The notes under the pieces: generated by a model
Seen by the model: only the letters and a program-made list of their open reading frames with translations
Told to the model about the DNA's origin: nothing
The model's database searches: none
Part shown: piece by piece, positions 13,001 to 26,493 of the stretch
Layout: every line of letters starts with the position of its first letter
Numbering within the stretch: the stretch's first letter is position 1
Source: Balanoglossus misakiensis
Lineage: Eukaryota; Animalia; Hemichordata
Length of the DNA: 64,000 nucleotides
Direction: 5' to 3'
Assembly: GCA_040954595.2 (NCBI GenBank)
Contig: CM082579.2
Location: 7,987,625-8,051,624, forward strand
Made by a program: the position numbers and the translations under genes

Positions 13001-16000
13001 AGCCTCTAGTGATATTCTTAAAACGATGTAATACTACTGTGTTTGGTAGAAAAACCATCACCATGGCAACACATGTACGAGGGCAGTGTGCTTTCAAAAA
13101 ATAAATCATAAAGCAACCGCGTTGCACTTTTCCATATGATTAAACTCTCTTTATTCAAAGTTGTAAGTGGTCTCTACATACCAATCTTCGGCAGACTTGC
13201 ATTATATGTCAGCTTATCTAAAATCTCACATTGCTCCCCCCCCACCCCCCTTCCACCTCACCGGACTGTCTCACTAAAGAGTGGTTGTCATGGAGACAAT
13301 AACAACACATCCAACAGACTGTGCTTATAGTTTTATAATAATCACTGACACGGGACAAAAATCAGCCGGTCAACTCAAATGTCGCGCGACTATCTTTCTG
13401 ATATGTCGTCCGAAAAAGAATGATAGATTGGCGATCTCCCGTCTATCAACAAACTCAATCTCTTCCCTGAACATCTAGATCAAAAAGAGTAATGGAACCA
13501 AATTTGTGCCTATTAGCGATAATTGACGCTTATTACGGTTGATAGCCGTGCAGGAGGACGGTTCCAAAGCCGAGATCACCGCTAAGTAGTCTTAATAGCA
13601 TCAATAAAACAATCTTAAAACACTGAGGAGTAACTACCAGGCTTCACTCCCCGATCAAAGCTATTGCAGCAAATTACTTGGGATTTCATTGACAACTCAT
13701 CTTCAACATTGTCAGAAAAGCTAAGTGATTTTCTGTAGTTACATGTCTTTTTAATTAATTGAGTAAGTTCTGGTTTGCTTGAAGTCTACAGATGTGCTTC
13801 TAGTAAATTAGGCTGTGGGTGAGGATGCTGCCGGAAGTTGACATCATCTGAATTCTTTACCATTGGTTTCAGATGTGCACACAAAAATGCCTTTATGGGC
13901 ACACTGTCATGTTCCTGTTAGGACTAAAGACTGTGTGATCCCAGTACTCTCACGCTTGCCAGCCAAAGCTTGATTTCTCCACAAGCCTATTCACCACCAC
14001 AGGCTGGACAATTATTGTGGAACCAGTTACACACTGAAACGTGTGCATGTAAATGTGAATTAAGATAGAGTGATTCTTGATTTCACAAGCACTGCGGAGT
14101 CGTACGCAGTTTTGGCGACTATAACCACAACACGAAGTTGCTAATGCAAGTCCAAATCCCCTCATGGAAAAAAGTCTTGCACACCTCCCTCAGATTAATT
14201 GATGACGTCAGCACTCTGATGAAAAGTCGCCCCCAATCATTACCCGAGCGACTCCGGGCAAATCCTCCAAAAATCCCAATCACTCTTACTTTACCTGATT
14301 ATGCACTGTCGGATTTGAGTTGGCGTGGTAACGCATTCTGGGCAAACTTGCTCAGACTCCGTACTGCGCCCGACCAATATTTTATCATTTGTGAAATTAA
14401 TGTTGTGACATTTAAATCTGCCTCAGAGGGAACCAGACATGCAAAGGTGGTGGATTTCAAGTTGTCTGTCAAAAAAAACGCTTATTCTAAATTACATCTA
14501 TTTTTTAAGAAAGAAAAACAACTTTTGAATCTAACATATATCAAGAGAATCACCATTTTTCTCCCCAGAATGTTATATACACTTGATACAATCTGAAACG
14601 TGCTTTTACCTGTATCTACTGGTTTGTATGTGTTAAGATTGTCTATTGTGCTATCTTCCGAACCCTCGCCATCTTTGACCTGACCAGGTTGGTCGTTTAC
14701 ATTCCAGTTGACACCCAGGGCCGTCGTTGCTATAGAAACAAAAAAGTAAAATATTTTTTTTTCTCTTTTCTGCAAAAATTATGGATGTGATCTAACTATA
14801 TTCTACCTGTGAAAACATGCATGCAAAAAAAAAACCTAAATTCTCTCAGTCACTCAGTGTTAATGTCATGCGTGATCTAACTATTTAGTAGCTATGGAAA
14901 CATGCAGTCAGTAATTAGTGAGAATGACGTCCAAAGTGAGATTAGTGTTGGAATCTGAACCCAAGGCTAACCCCCCTCTCCTTAGGCTATTTCAATTTTG
15001 CAGTCGTTGTTAATAATCAAATAACTGCAAGTGGAACCAGCTAATGAGCTCTGGTTAAAATCCGGCACTCCAGGAAAGAAAATTGCAATATTACATCAGA
15101 GCGTACGACAAGTTGTCATTATTTCCCCATTCAGGAATTCACAACCCTTTTCACCTTTTTTTTTCATTCCGGGATGAAATGGATTAGAGAATGATAAACT
15201 TGATTGCTGGAGATGAAATTCCACTGACGAGATCAAACTCGCCACTGACAGAATGAAACAGACAGTGAAATACATGGAGCACTCATGCAAGGTGATTCGT
15301 AAAGATGACAAATTCGATACATTCATTCACACACATCACAAGCAAGACTTCGCTTGTCATTCCTTCTTTGAGGAAATTTTGAAGAAACCACGCGAAGTCT
15401 TGGAATTAGGAAAACATGGAGTATATAGCTCAATTAAAGAATATTCAAAATCTACAGTACATGAAGCTACCATCTTTATTAAAGCGGTCGGCAAATAAGT
15501 CATTGCTTACTTCCTCGACAAAATGATGGGTTTTCTGTGCTTCTATAAAATGTTTTACGAAGAACGTTACAGTGTGACACAAAATAGTCAATGCTGTGCA
15601 GGTACTGTCAACTTAATGAAAATCTTTCCCAGGGGATGTACACATGACAGATGTTTACACAGATAGACCCTATGTTGAAATGTATAATGTATGTCAACTC
15701 TCCAAGCGTTCAGCTGGATGACAAGAAAAATACACAAACCAACAGTTAAGAGTCAATTTTTACCACTGATCTGTTCACACCCTGGACAACTTGAGACAGA
15801 ACGTGGTTGAAGACAAGGTGGGCTCATTTGGCCATGCCTGGTCATTCTGTTTTGAAGGAGGAGAAAATCTGGGCACGAAATCGGACACGGCACAAGAACA
15901 AAGTTCAGACTCCTGTCAATCAGTGACCTTAAAGAGGCACCACCAGGTGTGATGACTTCATTAGAAATCCTGCCGAGAAGGCCAAACCAACATCTGTCCG

Positions 16001-19000
16001 CCTTCCAAAACAAACAAATACCACATGGAAGCCCTCACTGACACAATAATATCTTTTTCTACCTGTGCATCTGACCTCAGGCAGGCAATTATACTGAAGG
16101 CAAGGAGCCGGAACAATTGCTCCGGCACTTTTCAACCAGAGTTTTTTCTTGTTTTGTCTTGGCGACTCAGTTTTTGTTTGCTCGGTGGAGTGGTCAGTTT
16201 GTTTGTTCTTTCAACTGGACCGTACATCCTGGGACTGGGCTCCCATGGGCTTTGGCCCGGTCGGCCCGGCCGGGGCCGCAATCAGCTATCCAATTACAAA
16301 CTGGACACGCACTTCTGAACATGGCATTGAGAGAAAGAATCTTGTTTACAATCGGGCATGGTTTTTTTCTTTCTTTCTCCAGTTTTGCTGTTTCACCTGA
16401 CTGAAATTACTCCTTTTGTCCTACCTGAGAGAAAGATGTAAAGGTGGAGTCACACAAGAAAAAAATCCACTCCTGATTTTTATTTTCTGTCTAACAATGT
16501 GCAGAATATTCAGAAATTCCATTAGGGCACCCCCCCCCCCCTTCAGTATTACATTCAGTGTGAACTACATTGTATATTGCCCAAGACACGCTGTTATGTT
16601 CAAACACATCACAGAGACTCGACTGTTAAATATTCTGTTTGACTAGCATTTACAATTCACTGAAACTGAACTCTATGTATATTTTATTCATTGATATCAA
16701 AAGGAGATCATATTTTGCCTGACACATTTTGAGCTCCCTGCTGAGAATACGAGAAATTGAAGACCGAACCACAGGACAGGCAGACGACGCCAAATCCCCA
16801 GAACATACATGGCAGAGCGGGAAGTCGGGGGGTTGAAGGAGTGAACTTTGACCTCTCTCAAGATGTTGTCTTCCTGTAATTGTCTTCCTGCCTGATTGAG
16901 CAATAGAGTTGTTCAAACTGCAGTCACTTACGAATAATTACCTCATTTACATATAGATGTACTTTTTCTGTCGGGGAACCTGGGAACTCTTTTCGATTTG
17001 CCCACAAAACATTGGAGATGAAAAGCTGGGCAATTAGGCCCCTCACAATGGCAACATACAGAAATATAACATCGTGACATCGGGGCTTGCGAGGATCGTG
17101 CGGTCGGGGACGCTGACATCGCACAAATGGACTGAAACAACTGCACCTGAACACAAGACTGCAGGGACACGAAACCCCAACCGTCTACTGCCAATCACAA
17201 TTACAACAACCCTCCCGTTGCGCTGTGCTGCCGTAGTCATGGCAACACCCTCACCCTGTGATCTTCGCACAAATGAGGCCTTTTCTCGGGACACGCAGCG
17301 CCTTGCCGTCTCCATGGCGACGAGACAGCACCCCCAGATATTACTCGCCCCGTTCCAAAATTTGCATTTTTCACCTCGCGTACTAATTAGGCTTCATTAA
17401 AATTCGTTATCTCCATTGCAGTTGTCGGTAATTTCACGTTGCACACAAAAGAGATGCTTTCATCCAATGCATATGATGTCTGTGCATCGTTTTTTGAGGA
17501 TGTAGGTGGGTTAATGTCTCCCTGAAGCGTTAACATCCTTTCCATTCACGGCACCGTCACAGATTTACATTCACTCACATCCTTGGACACAAAGAAACAC
17601 CATTAACTTGACACGCGAGGCATTCTGATTTATCTCAACAATTCATTACAAAATCCAATTTCATTACTCCTCACACAAATTATTGGCAAAATAAGGAAGA
17701 ACACCGACACATAACCCACAAATAACACCGAGGGCAAGAAAAAAAAATCGACCAGAATAACTGCTGTTGGGTCTGCGACAATGTCATTAAAATGGAGACA
17801 GTGCAATCGCCTAAACTTGATGAACAGCACAACACAGAATTTATTGGATAAGTTTAATAGGTTTTTTCAGGTGTTCAGAGAGGTTGTGATTTTTATTCAC
17901 CATCCTGAAGAATAAGTACTCTTCTTTTTTTGTCCACTTTAGCTGTGAACCCGGCCTCGTTAGAAATTACTCAGAACGTACTGTAAAATGAAAGTGCATT
18001 GTTATCAACATGTTCAAAATCACTGCTTTCTACAGGGTTGAGTTTGGACAGCCAAATTAGTTATGATAATTTCATTGCGGTTTTCAGTTCCTGAAACCTG
18101 CTGGGTTTCCTAGTCTAGCGTTCAAATATATATCACAATGTGTTTCCTTGCGGTGAGCTATTTGAGGCTTTGCCATTCCCCATCTCCCGACTGCGTATAT
18201 TTGCAGAGGTCAAAGTTCACTACCCACGCACCCAGCAGGTGCAAAATGCTATTCAGTCACGATGATTGTCGTTCGTGAATATTCCGAAACAATTTGAACA
18301 TTTTCTTTTCTCGTTCTTGACTATTTTTGCCCCCAACTTTTGAACTCTTTCAATGAACGCACATCACAAGCCATATATACAGCAATGTATAAGTTATATC
18401 TCACGACAGCAGACTATATCACGGACCAGTGAATCTGCACTCCCAGTCTTGTAAAATTAAGCTGCTTGCGTTTCATAACCGACACTACAGAGGCCCGCTC
18501 AATCACATTCAGACAACGCTGTCAGTGTCTGTAAGCTTCAGTTTCTTACAGTCATTTAAAGCCCAAACTACAGACATTTGATGTATGATTTCATGATTTT
18601 GCTGTTCATTGTGGACAGGTCTGACTTTTCTTGCTGAACTGTTTGGCTGGCTCCTTGTAATGATTTTTATCATCTGTGATAAAAAAATATTTAGGAAAAT
18701 AACACCCCGGTTGGGAACCAATCACAAGCTTTCCTGAACTGAAGTCAGACGTAATGTTGGCAATTTTTTTACTGTCTGGGTGCAGTTAGTCTAATCGTAT
18801 TTTCATCACAAAATTACAGCAGTGTTCTGCCCAACACAAATCTCAATTTAGACTTCAATCATCGCTCCAAATGCACCCGAAACAGACAGCTTATGTTAAA
18901 GGAGAACGTCTTTTTATACATGAGTGGATTGACAGAAGAGGCATTCAACTTGAACAAATGTAACTCTCTGGGCTGTTCAAGTGTTTATGGATGCGACATA

Positions 19001-22000
19001 CAAAACAGGCTGTTTCAGGAGTTGTAGTTTTCTGTCAATTATCAGAGTCCTTATCGCCTAAAAGCACACATTTTTCTGAAAGCCCAGATGTACGGGAACC
19101 CAATCGCGTACAGTACAGTGGTCACATGACATGCATATTTGCAGACCTTTGGAAAATCAATATTTACGCGAAAATAGGACTACAATAATTGACAGAAACC
19201 CACAATCCCTGAAACCACCTGTTTCGTATGTTGCATCCTTCTGCTTCAGACTCAATTCACCATTATTTCATTTGAACTGATGAGATGGCTAAAACGAAGT
19301 ACTTGGCATCACACTGAATTGGTGGAACGTGACTATCAATCCAGAGGTGATACCCTACAACATCCTAATCACTGTGCAGCCATGCTTGTTTTTGAAGAAA
19401 AAAACTGATAAATTTTCAGCAGTAAAATCCATCAACAGAAATCGGAGACAAATGTTTGTTCCAAAAGCCATTAGTGCAGATTTTTTTTACAGCTCATTTG
19501 AGAGGAATAAAACGTGTCGACCAATATAACACTGCTAATGATGGCTTTATACGAAATCTCACAGACTTTCACTCCTCTGATTTCAATAGTGATGATCACC
19601 GATATCATCCAAGGGAACTATATTCTTCAATTTACCATGAAATCAATGGCCATGCACTTTTTCAGTCAGCAATTTTTTTTCTTCAAGAAACTTGATATTG
19701 CTTTAATCTTGACCAGATCTACAAGCTGTAAAACAGTTAACACTCTTTTTTTCAAAAAGTATAACACTGGATTCACATACTAGTGATATTGAACAAAATA
19801 CCTGCACTATTAAAGCCCCTATTCTCAATCCATACTTCTTGCATCAGTGAGTAAACCGTCCAATCAGAGATACCCTACTATCAATGTTTAAATACGGATA
19901 TGATCACCATCTAGTCAGATGACTTACAAGAACCGATTACCACCCAGACGTAGTGTGTTCACAGATATTGGTTTAGTGCTGAGAAAACTTGGTTGTTGCA
20001 AATGGCTCATAATAAAGAAATTCCAATCCAGTCTCCTCAAACGTGTTCTTGGAAATTACTACTGATCAACACGCACTTTCTGGAGCTTTCTTTAGTGTTT
20101 CTTGTTGGGTGTCGGTTTGCATGGGCTTCCCCAGTAATCCGCTTTAAAGTACCCAATGGGCATCTTTAAACCGTCTTCTTTGCTCAGAAATATGGTCGGC
20201 ATATTCCCATATGCTTTTGAGATTTATTGTTTAATTTCCAATCTGACAATACAACTGTCTCCAATTGAGCACTCCTTCTAAACTTAATTTACAGTCAAAT
20301 CTACGCTTTTTAATACCGTAATTGCACTTGTCACACATAAGCTGCCACTAAAGCCATCCTGGGGCAAAAATCATTAATTTATCATTAATTCAGATTTACT
20401 GCACCAGAGTTTTTAACCAATGGTAGAATCAATTTGTGTGCTTTTTTTCTTACCCAGACACCAGCTTAGCTGATGGGGAGTGGTGCATGCCTTTCATGTA
20501 GATTGCCTCTGAGCAATATGGATTTGTTTGTGACATATTGGACTTTTTTGGCTTTTTTTTGCACGATCCACTTACACACAAAATCAGCGATTTCTGAAAT
20601 CAAACGCAAAGCATCATGGTACCATCGCCATGGCAACAGAATGACCAATACATGCAAACAGAGGTTCACTTTTCGCTGCAAGTGAACACATACTCTGTGT
20701 GTGCAGAAATTGCCCGGACAAACTTAGTTTGACAGTTCTGACCCCTCACTAGTGAAATGACACTTCCTTGTCAGGATTTGTGGATTATTAAAACTGACGC
20801 GTGGCAAATTCCATTACGCTAACACCGGATCCCTTCTATCCAAATATAAACATTCCGGTACTAAAAGAACCATCTGTGGAAACTATGCATTAGTCCGTCA
20901 TATCATATTAGGTGATCTGGTTAACTTGTTCAAAAATATTAATATTATGATGTCCACTTCGAAAATGATGTTTTGACTTTTTACATGAAACATTGTTCTA
21001 ACAAGTCTCACTCAAATCTTGTTTTCACATTCTACTTCTCATGCATTTCAGCAACAAAATTTATTACTTTTTGTTTTATAATACATGTATGTTGTCTTAC
21101 ATGTCATGGTAAATAGACTTTTAAGATAGTCGTATGTTGGCATTGAATAGAAAATAACTTGCTATCCAACTCACACAGTTAAGTACACATGCAGACACCT
21201 CTGTTTTTATAGCCTTGTTTTGAAGGCTACTTCACCTCCTTATTATAAAGGTGCAACGTCTCCAGAATGATGTTGGGAGTTTACAATTAAATGTAAATGA
21301 AGTGTGAAATGTTTTCGTTTGAACTTTGCTGATGCGAGTGATGACGATGACCTGTATGGGTGTCACGCACTCACCATTAAGACGGTTCTAAAACGGCTTA
21401 GATTTGAGACGGCTTGTCGGTCAGACCTGAGCCGGTGTAAGGACTGCAACCCATTGTCTATGGGGCTGAGCCTCAGTGCCTATACATAAACTTTGTGTGT
21501 GAACCTGGTGCTGTGCTGAGACGTACCATACAGCCCAAGATATAAAGTTAACACAAATGCAATCAGTAATCGCTGCAGAACACACAACTCATATGAACAA
21601 CATCCGTGTGTATAACTGAAAGTGACCTCTCTACCATGTCGAATCCATATTATCCCTTTCTCTTATTGCTGCAAGGTAACATCATCCCATAAGAAGTCAA
21701 TAAGACGCCATACAATCTGCTTGATCTCTTTGTGCCCAGCTCGACCGATAACCGATTTCTAATTCATTGTGGATATAGATGCTTGACTTCATAATATCTA
21801 ATTTTGTTTGATAGCTTTTGTCGGTGTACTGACACTGATTATTTTTCTGCAATGGATTCTGAGCAAGGATGAAAAAAAGGTATCAGCCCTCTTCAAGATT
21901 AATAATCAAATTCTCTGTCTCTCAGTCTGTCTGCCTCTTCGTCTGGCTATATTAGCACAAGAGGCCAAAACGACTTTGCACCGTCCTACGTTCAACGTCA

Positions 22001-25000
22001 CAAGCTATTCGGAGACGTACATCTTACAGTTGTACAACTCATTATGATGTTGGCTTTCTGGGTCTGTAGCCAACCGCCCCAAAATGATTGATTTTTAATT
22101 AACTTATGCCCTCTGTAAACACCGAAGCTTGACTTAAGTAATTGAGAATCCTTGAACGCTTTTTGTCTGCGGTTTGTCATTGACTGATTGGATTGGACAC
22201 ATGGCTCCCGCGGAACAATGAGGAAATGTCCGCCGGCTTCATGAAAGGGGTTGAAACAGTCAACGCAAAAAGTGGTACATTGGTCGTGGGGAACACTGCC
22301 ACAGGCAAGTCCTTGGTCACTCTTTCTGTTCCTTTTCTGGGACTGAACAGCCCACCACTGAAGTTGTGACCTACCGGTACACTGAAATCTGTGTAAATTA
22401 AGCACTCAAAGGACTCATATCTACCCAATAAGAAAGTTTTTTAATGGGGGATGGGGGACAACAAAGGCTTCCACAGAAAGAAGTCAGCATTCGAAGAAGT
22501 GCATTATCAATTTTGTCGAATGTATTCTGAAATTGCAAATATTTAAATACCAAACTGTCCTGTGCAAAGGCAAGTACATAGGGAAGTACTGAAACACCGC
22601 CAAACAATGCATCCTGCTATCAATCAGCCATATCAAACAGTTTATTGTCTTAAATGCCCAGGGTGTGAAATTCTGGCCTTTAAAGGGGACGCTTAGGGAT
22701 TTTTTTTTTTGGGCGAACGATGCGATCATGCTATATAATACGGATGCAGGTGTATGACGCCCACGCTGGATGATGTCTAAATTATCCGTTTGGTTCTCCT
22801 TTGTGCGGGAAAGATAAGAAACGGCTATATTTTGACGTTTTTCCACTGACTCTGCCTGTTATCCGCGCGTTAATTACATCTCGCTGAGAATGGACCGTCT
22901 GTGTTAACGACGGCAAATTTCCCCTTTGCGCAGATCAGCCAAGCGCGCTAATTCACCGCTTCCAAATCCTAATAACAGACGTGTCTTGGTGCCAACATTA
23001 CTGTCTCTGAAAACGAGTTCTACTGATAACACAAACAGCAAATGACAGATCAGCGGTTTTTTTTTCTCTCTCATATAAACGCCGGTGTACAAATCTTCTT
23101 TGCGTTCAAATTTTTCATCAGCTTATCAGATTGCTGGTAGACGTATTAGGTCATTTTGGAAGATTGGAAGCTGTGCACACAAAAAAGACTCGAGAAGATT
23201 ACTGACGACAGAAAGACGATGTTCTTTGTTTTAACCAGGATCTGATTAAATTTGACGGTGATGTGAAGACTTGGCCCACAGGGATATTTTTTCAGGATCA
23301 TTAACATCAGCAATCAGGCCATAAAAAGTGACAGTTTTTGGCTGCATACCAAAATGGGGACAAAACTAGTTTATGAACAACTGTCATATCAGAGTGAAAG
23401 TTTCATAACTAGTGATTTATTTTTGACAGGTTTTCAGAGAGAGAAAAAACATCAGATTCTGATCCCACCAAGCTCATGAACAAATATCACACAAATCTTC
23501 ACAAGTAGATTTTGTAATTTATCATTTTCAAATTTCACAGATAGTGACGCTGAAATTCACCCCATACATCACTATATTCCCACGTGCGCATTGAGCTGTC
23601 TATAGGCCGCGCATGGCTTGATAAATACACCCAGAATGCAGTGCAGTGGTGCACTATCTGATTTCCTGTGCTGTGTTTTGATTTCATATCTCGTCAAATT
23701 AGGGCCTCAAATTCCCGAGTGCCGCTTTTACAATTTTACGTTTCTAGTGCGCTTCACCATTTAGCTAATTTTGACACATTCGAGAGATTTCAGTAACACG
23801 CATTAACATTCGACCAATAAACACATCTGTGTCACATAACTAGCACAAATATCCGAAAAGGTTAGCCGCACTTCTGTAGTCATAAAAACATGCAATATTT
23901 TGCAGATCTTCCCTGAGGTTTTGTATTTCTTCAGCTAATGACTGTGAGAGTATGCACCTTGCATGGTGAAGTGCCTAAGCTCAAGGGCACAACATTGTTG
24001 GCCATGAAATTATCATCGTCAGATAGAAAATCCACGGCCATGTCAGGGGTCTGGGAATCAAACCCACAAACCTCCCATTGCCAGACCAGTACCCTGACCA
24101 CTAGGCCACGATGCCTTCTATATTAGGACTAAAAATGAAATTCGGCTGCCTCCTGCATATCAGCAGACTTCCCAAGATTAAAATACTGGGAAGTAGACTG
24201 GAAGTCACGCCTGTTGGAGTCATCATCCCCTAGACGTCGAGAACTGTCGACTGCTATTCGCCACGCGATATCACAGCCAAATCTCCCGAGACTCTAATCG
24301 ACAAAAAAACACAACGATGTCTAAAGATACATTTCATTACTTTTTTCCAACTTTCTGCTCAGGTGAATTCATCTCTAGCGTATTAGTTTATCTTGCTGTA
24401 AACACTTTTTTTTCTCTCTCTCTCTCTCTCGCTTCATTCTCTCTATATATCTCTCTCGCGCCGCCTGTCTTGAGCAGACTTAATGCACGGCGACGGCTTT
24501 GACAATTCTGATTATGACAACTTGGGCATCATTAAATTTCCCAGGCAAGCGCAATCCACGCTAGGTGAGCAACAGATTCACATAGATACCCACCAAGCTC
24601 ACCTCATCTGGCACATTTGTGTCTTTTTTTTTGCAATTTTTCTTTCTGGCAGAAAGGATGAAGCTTTCGGGGAAATTCGCTTAACTTTGAGATGGTGGAA
24701 AAAAACACCCCAGAAACTTAAAAATGTAACTGAATTAATGCAAAAACCAGCAAAATACATAAAATGTGATCCAGGGTATACACCTTGGCCCAGTTCCTGT
24801 CTGGCAATGACCTTCAATGGTAAAGGGACGTGTGAGCTACATCAGAATAAATATTCTCACTTTCAGTTTCAATGAGTGCTGGATTATGTTGTAATGGAAA
24901 CCATACTACTATGTGAAACCTGTACAGCTTGGCAGCACATTTGTAAGAATTTAAGAAATATGACTAGCCATTAAATTTCTAGGATCACTCACCAAATATC

Positions 25001-26462
25001 AAATACCTTAGACTAACTGGAATTTTTTGAAAAAAACAACAGTATTTCAAATAGCATTTTTTCTGGCATTGAATGAAAAAAAAAAAGCAAGAAAAAGAAA
25101 ATTATTGCCAAACACGATAAAACTGTTGTCAGAAATTACTTGGCGAACTTTACAAGGAACACTTCACCAAAAACATTTTACTAGCCGGTAAGCAGAAATT
25201 TATCATCCTAAATTGATGACAATCTTGATGAGATCGTACATTTTAAAAGGGAAAGGATGGGTTTTGCTTTTAAATCTAATGTAAAATGCGATAATCTTGA
25301 TGTAACAAAGATGCCAGGGAGTAAAATGATCGAGAAAATTGCGGATGAAAATATCAGGGGTGGTCGGCTGAGATAAAAAACATGGGGCACTAACACAAGC
25401 GGTGATTATCAGCCATAACTCAGAGGCCATTGGCAGTGATGGCTCGAGATTTAGTTGGCTCAGAAAATGCTATTTGATTTCAACTCAAACTTATGACATT
25501 CAGTGTAATGACCCTCTGATTTATATATCGGCTGATAAGATAAGTGGAGTAGAACCACGGCTGACCCATTGGCTCTGATGCTTTGCTCATCATTATGTCA
25601 TCATAATTTACAGAATATTCTTTGTTGTGCATTGTTAGTATTAAACACTTGATCAGGGACATTCAAACATTCCGGGAAGTGACGCGAAGTGTAATCTGCT
25701 TGTGTTTAAAAACCCACTAGCTGTAATCTTTTGGCTATTTTGTCAGTATTTTTACTCAGAAATTTGAACTATATCAAAATCCGGTGAGTATTGTCATTGC
25801 CTCTTCTGTGTGTCTGTGTGTAGGTAAAGTAACAAGAAACCGCAGTTTATACACAGATGAAAAATTCTGGAGAAAATCGCTGAAAATTACAATTAGTGGA
25901 ACTTTCATTAAATTGTGTTGGTCTTTCGACAGTATTATGACTATTTTTTCATTTCACAGACTACAAGTATAGGGAGGGGGATCCACTAGTAACTTTTTCA
26001 CTAATTTTGATTGCAGACAGTTGAAAAAAATCACCACTAAAACCATTTAAATGGTCCTTACACCACGATTAACAACAGGCAGATTAAAAGACTAGATCAA
26101 CAATCATTTCAGCATCATTGTACAACTGTCAGTAGTGCGCTAAAATAATCACAGAATTGCTCACCGTTTGAACAATGTCTTGAGGGAGCGTTCTAGACAA
26201 ATAACATTCAAGTGGACCCAAGAAACCCATTAGAAAACGACACTATTGGCATTTTTTGATCGATTTTCCTTTAGTTCCGAACTGACAAGGGTCGATCGTC
26301 AAGACAACCGCAGAATTCACTCAAATTACCGACACCGCCTCCCGTGTACTTGGAAATGCTACTCAGGCTCGGTACATCGATTCTTGCCCTGGCGAACTCG
26401 CATCCGACGCTTTTGTCAGGAAAACTGAATTTCAATCAGGTGACAATTCATGAAGCCGGATA

Positions 26463-26493
<31 letters not shown>
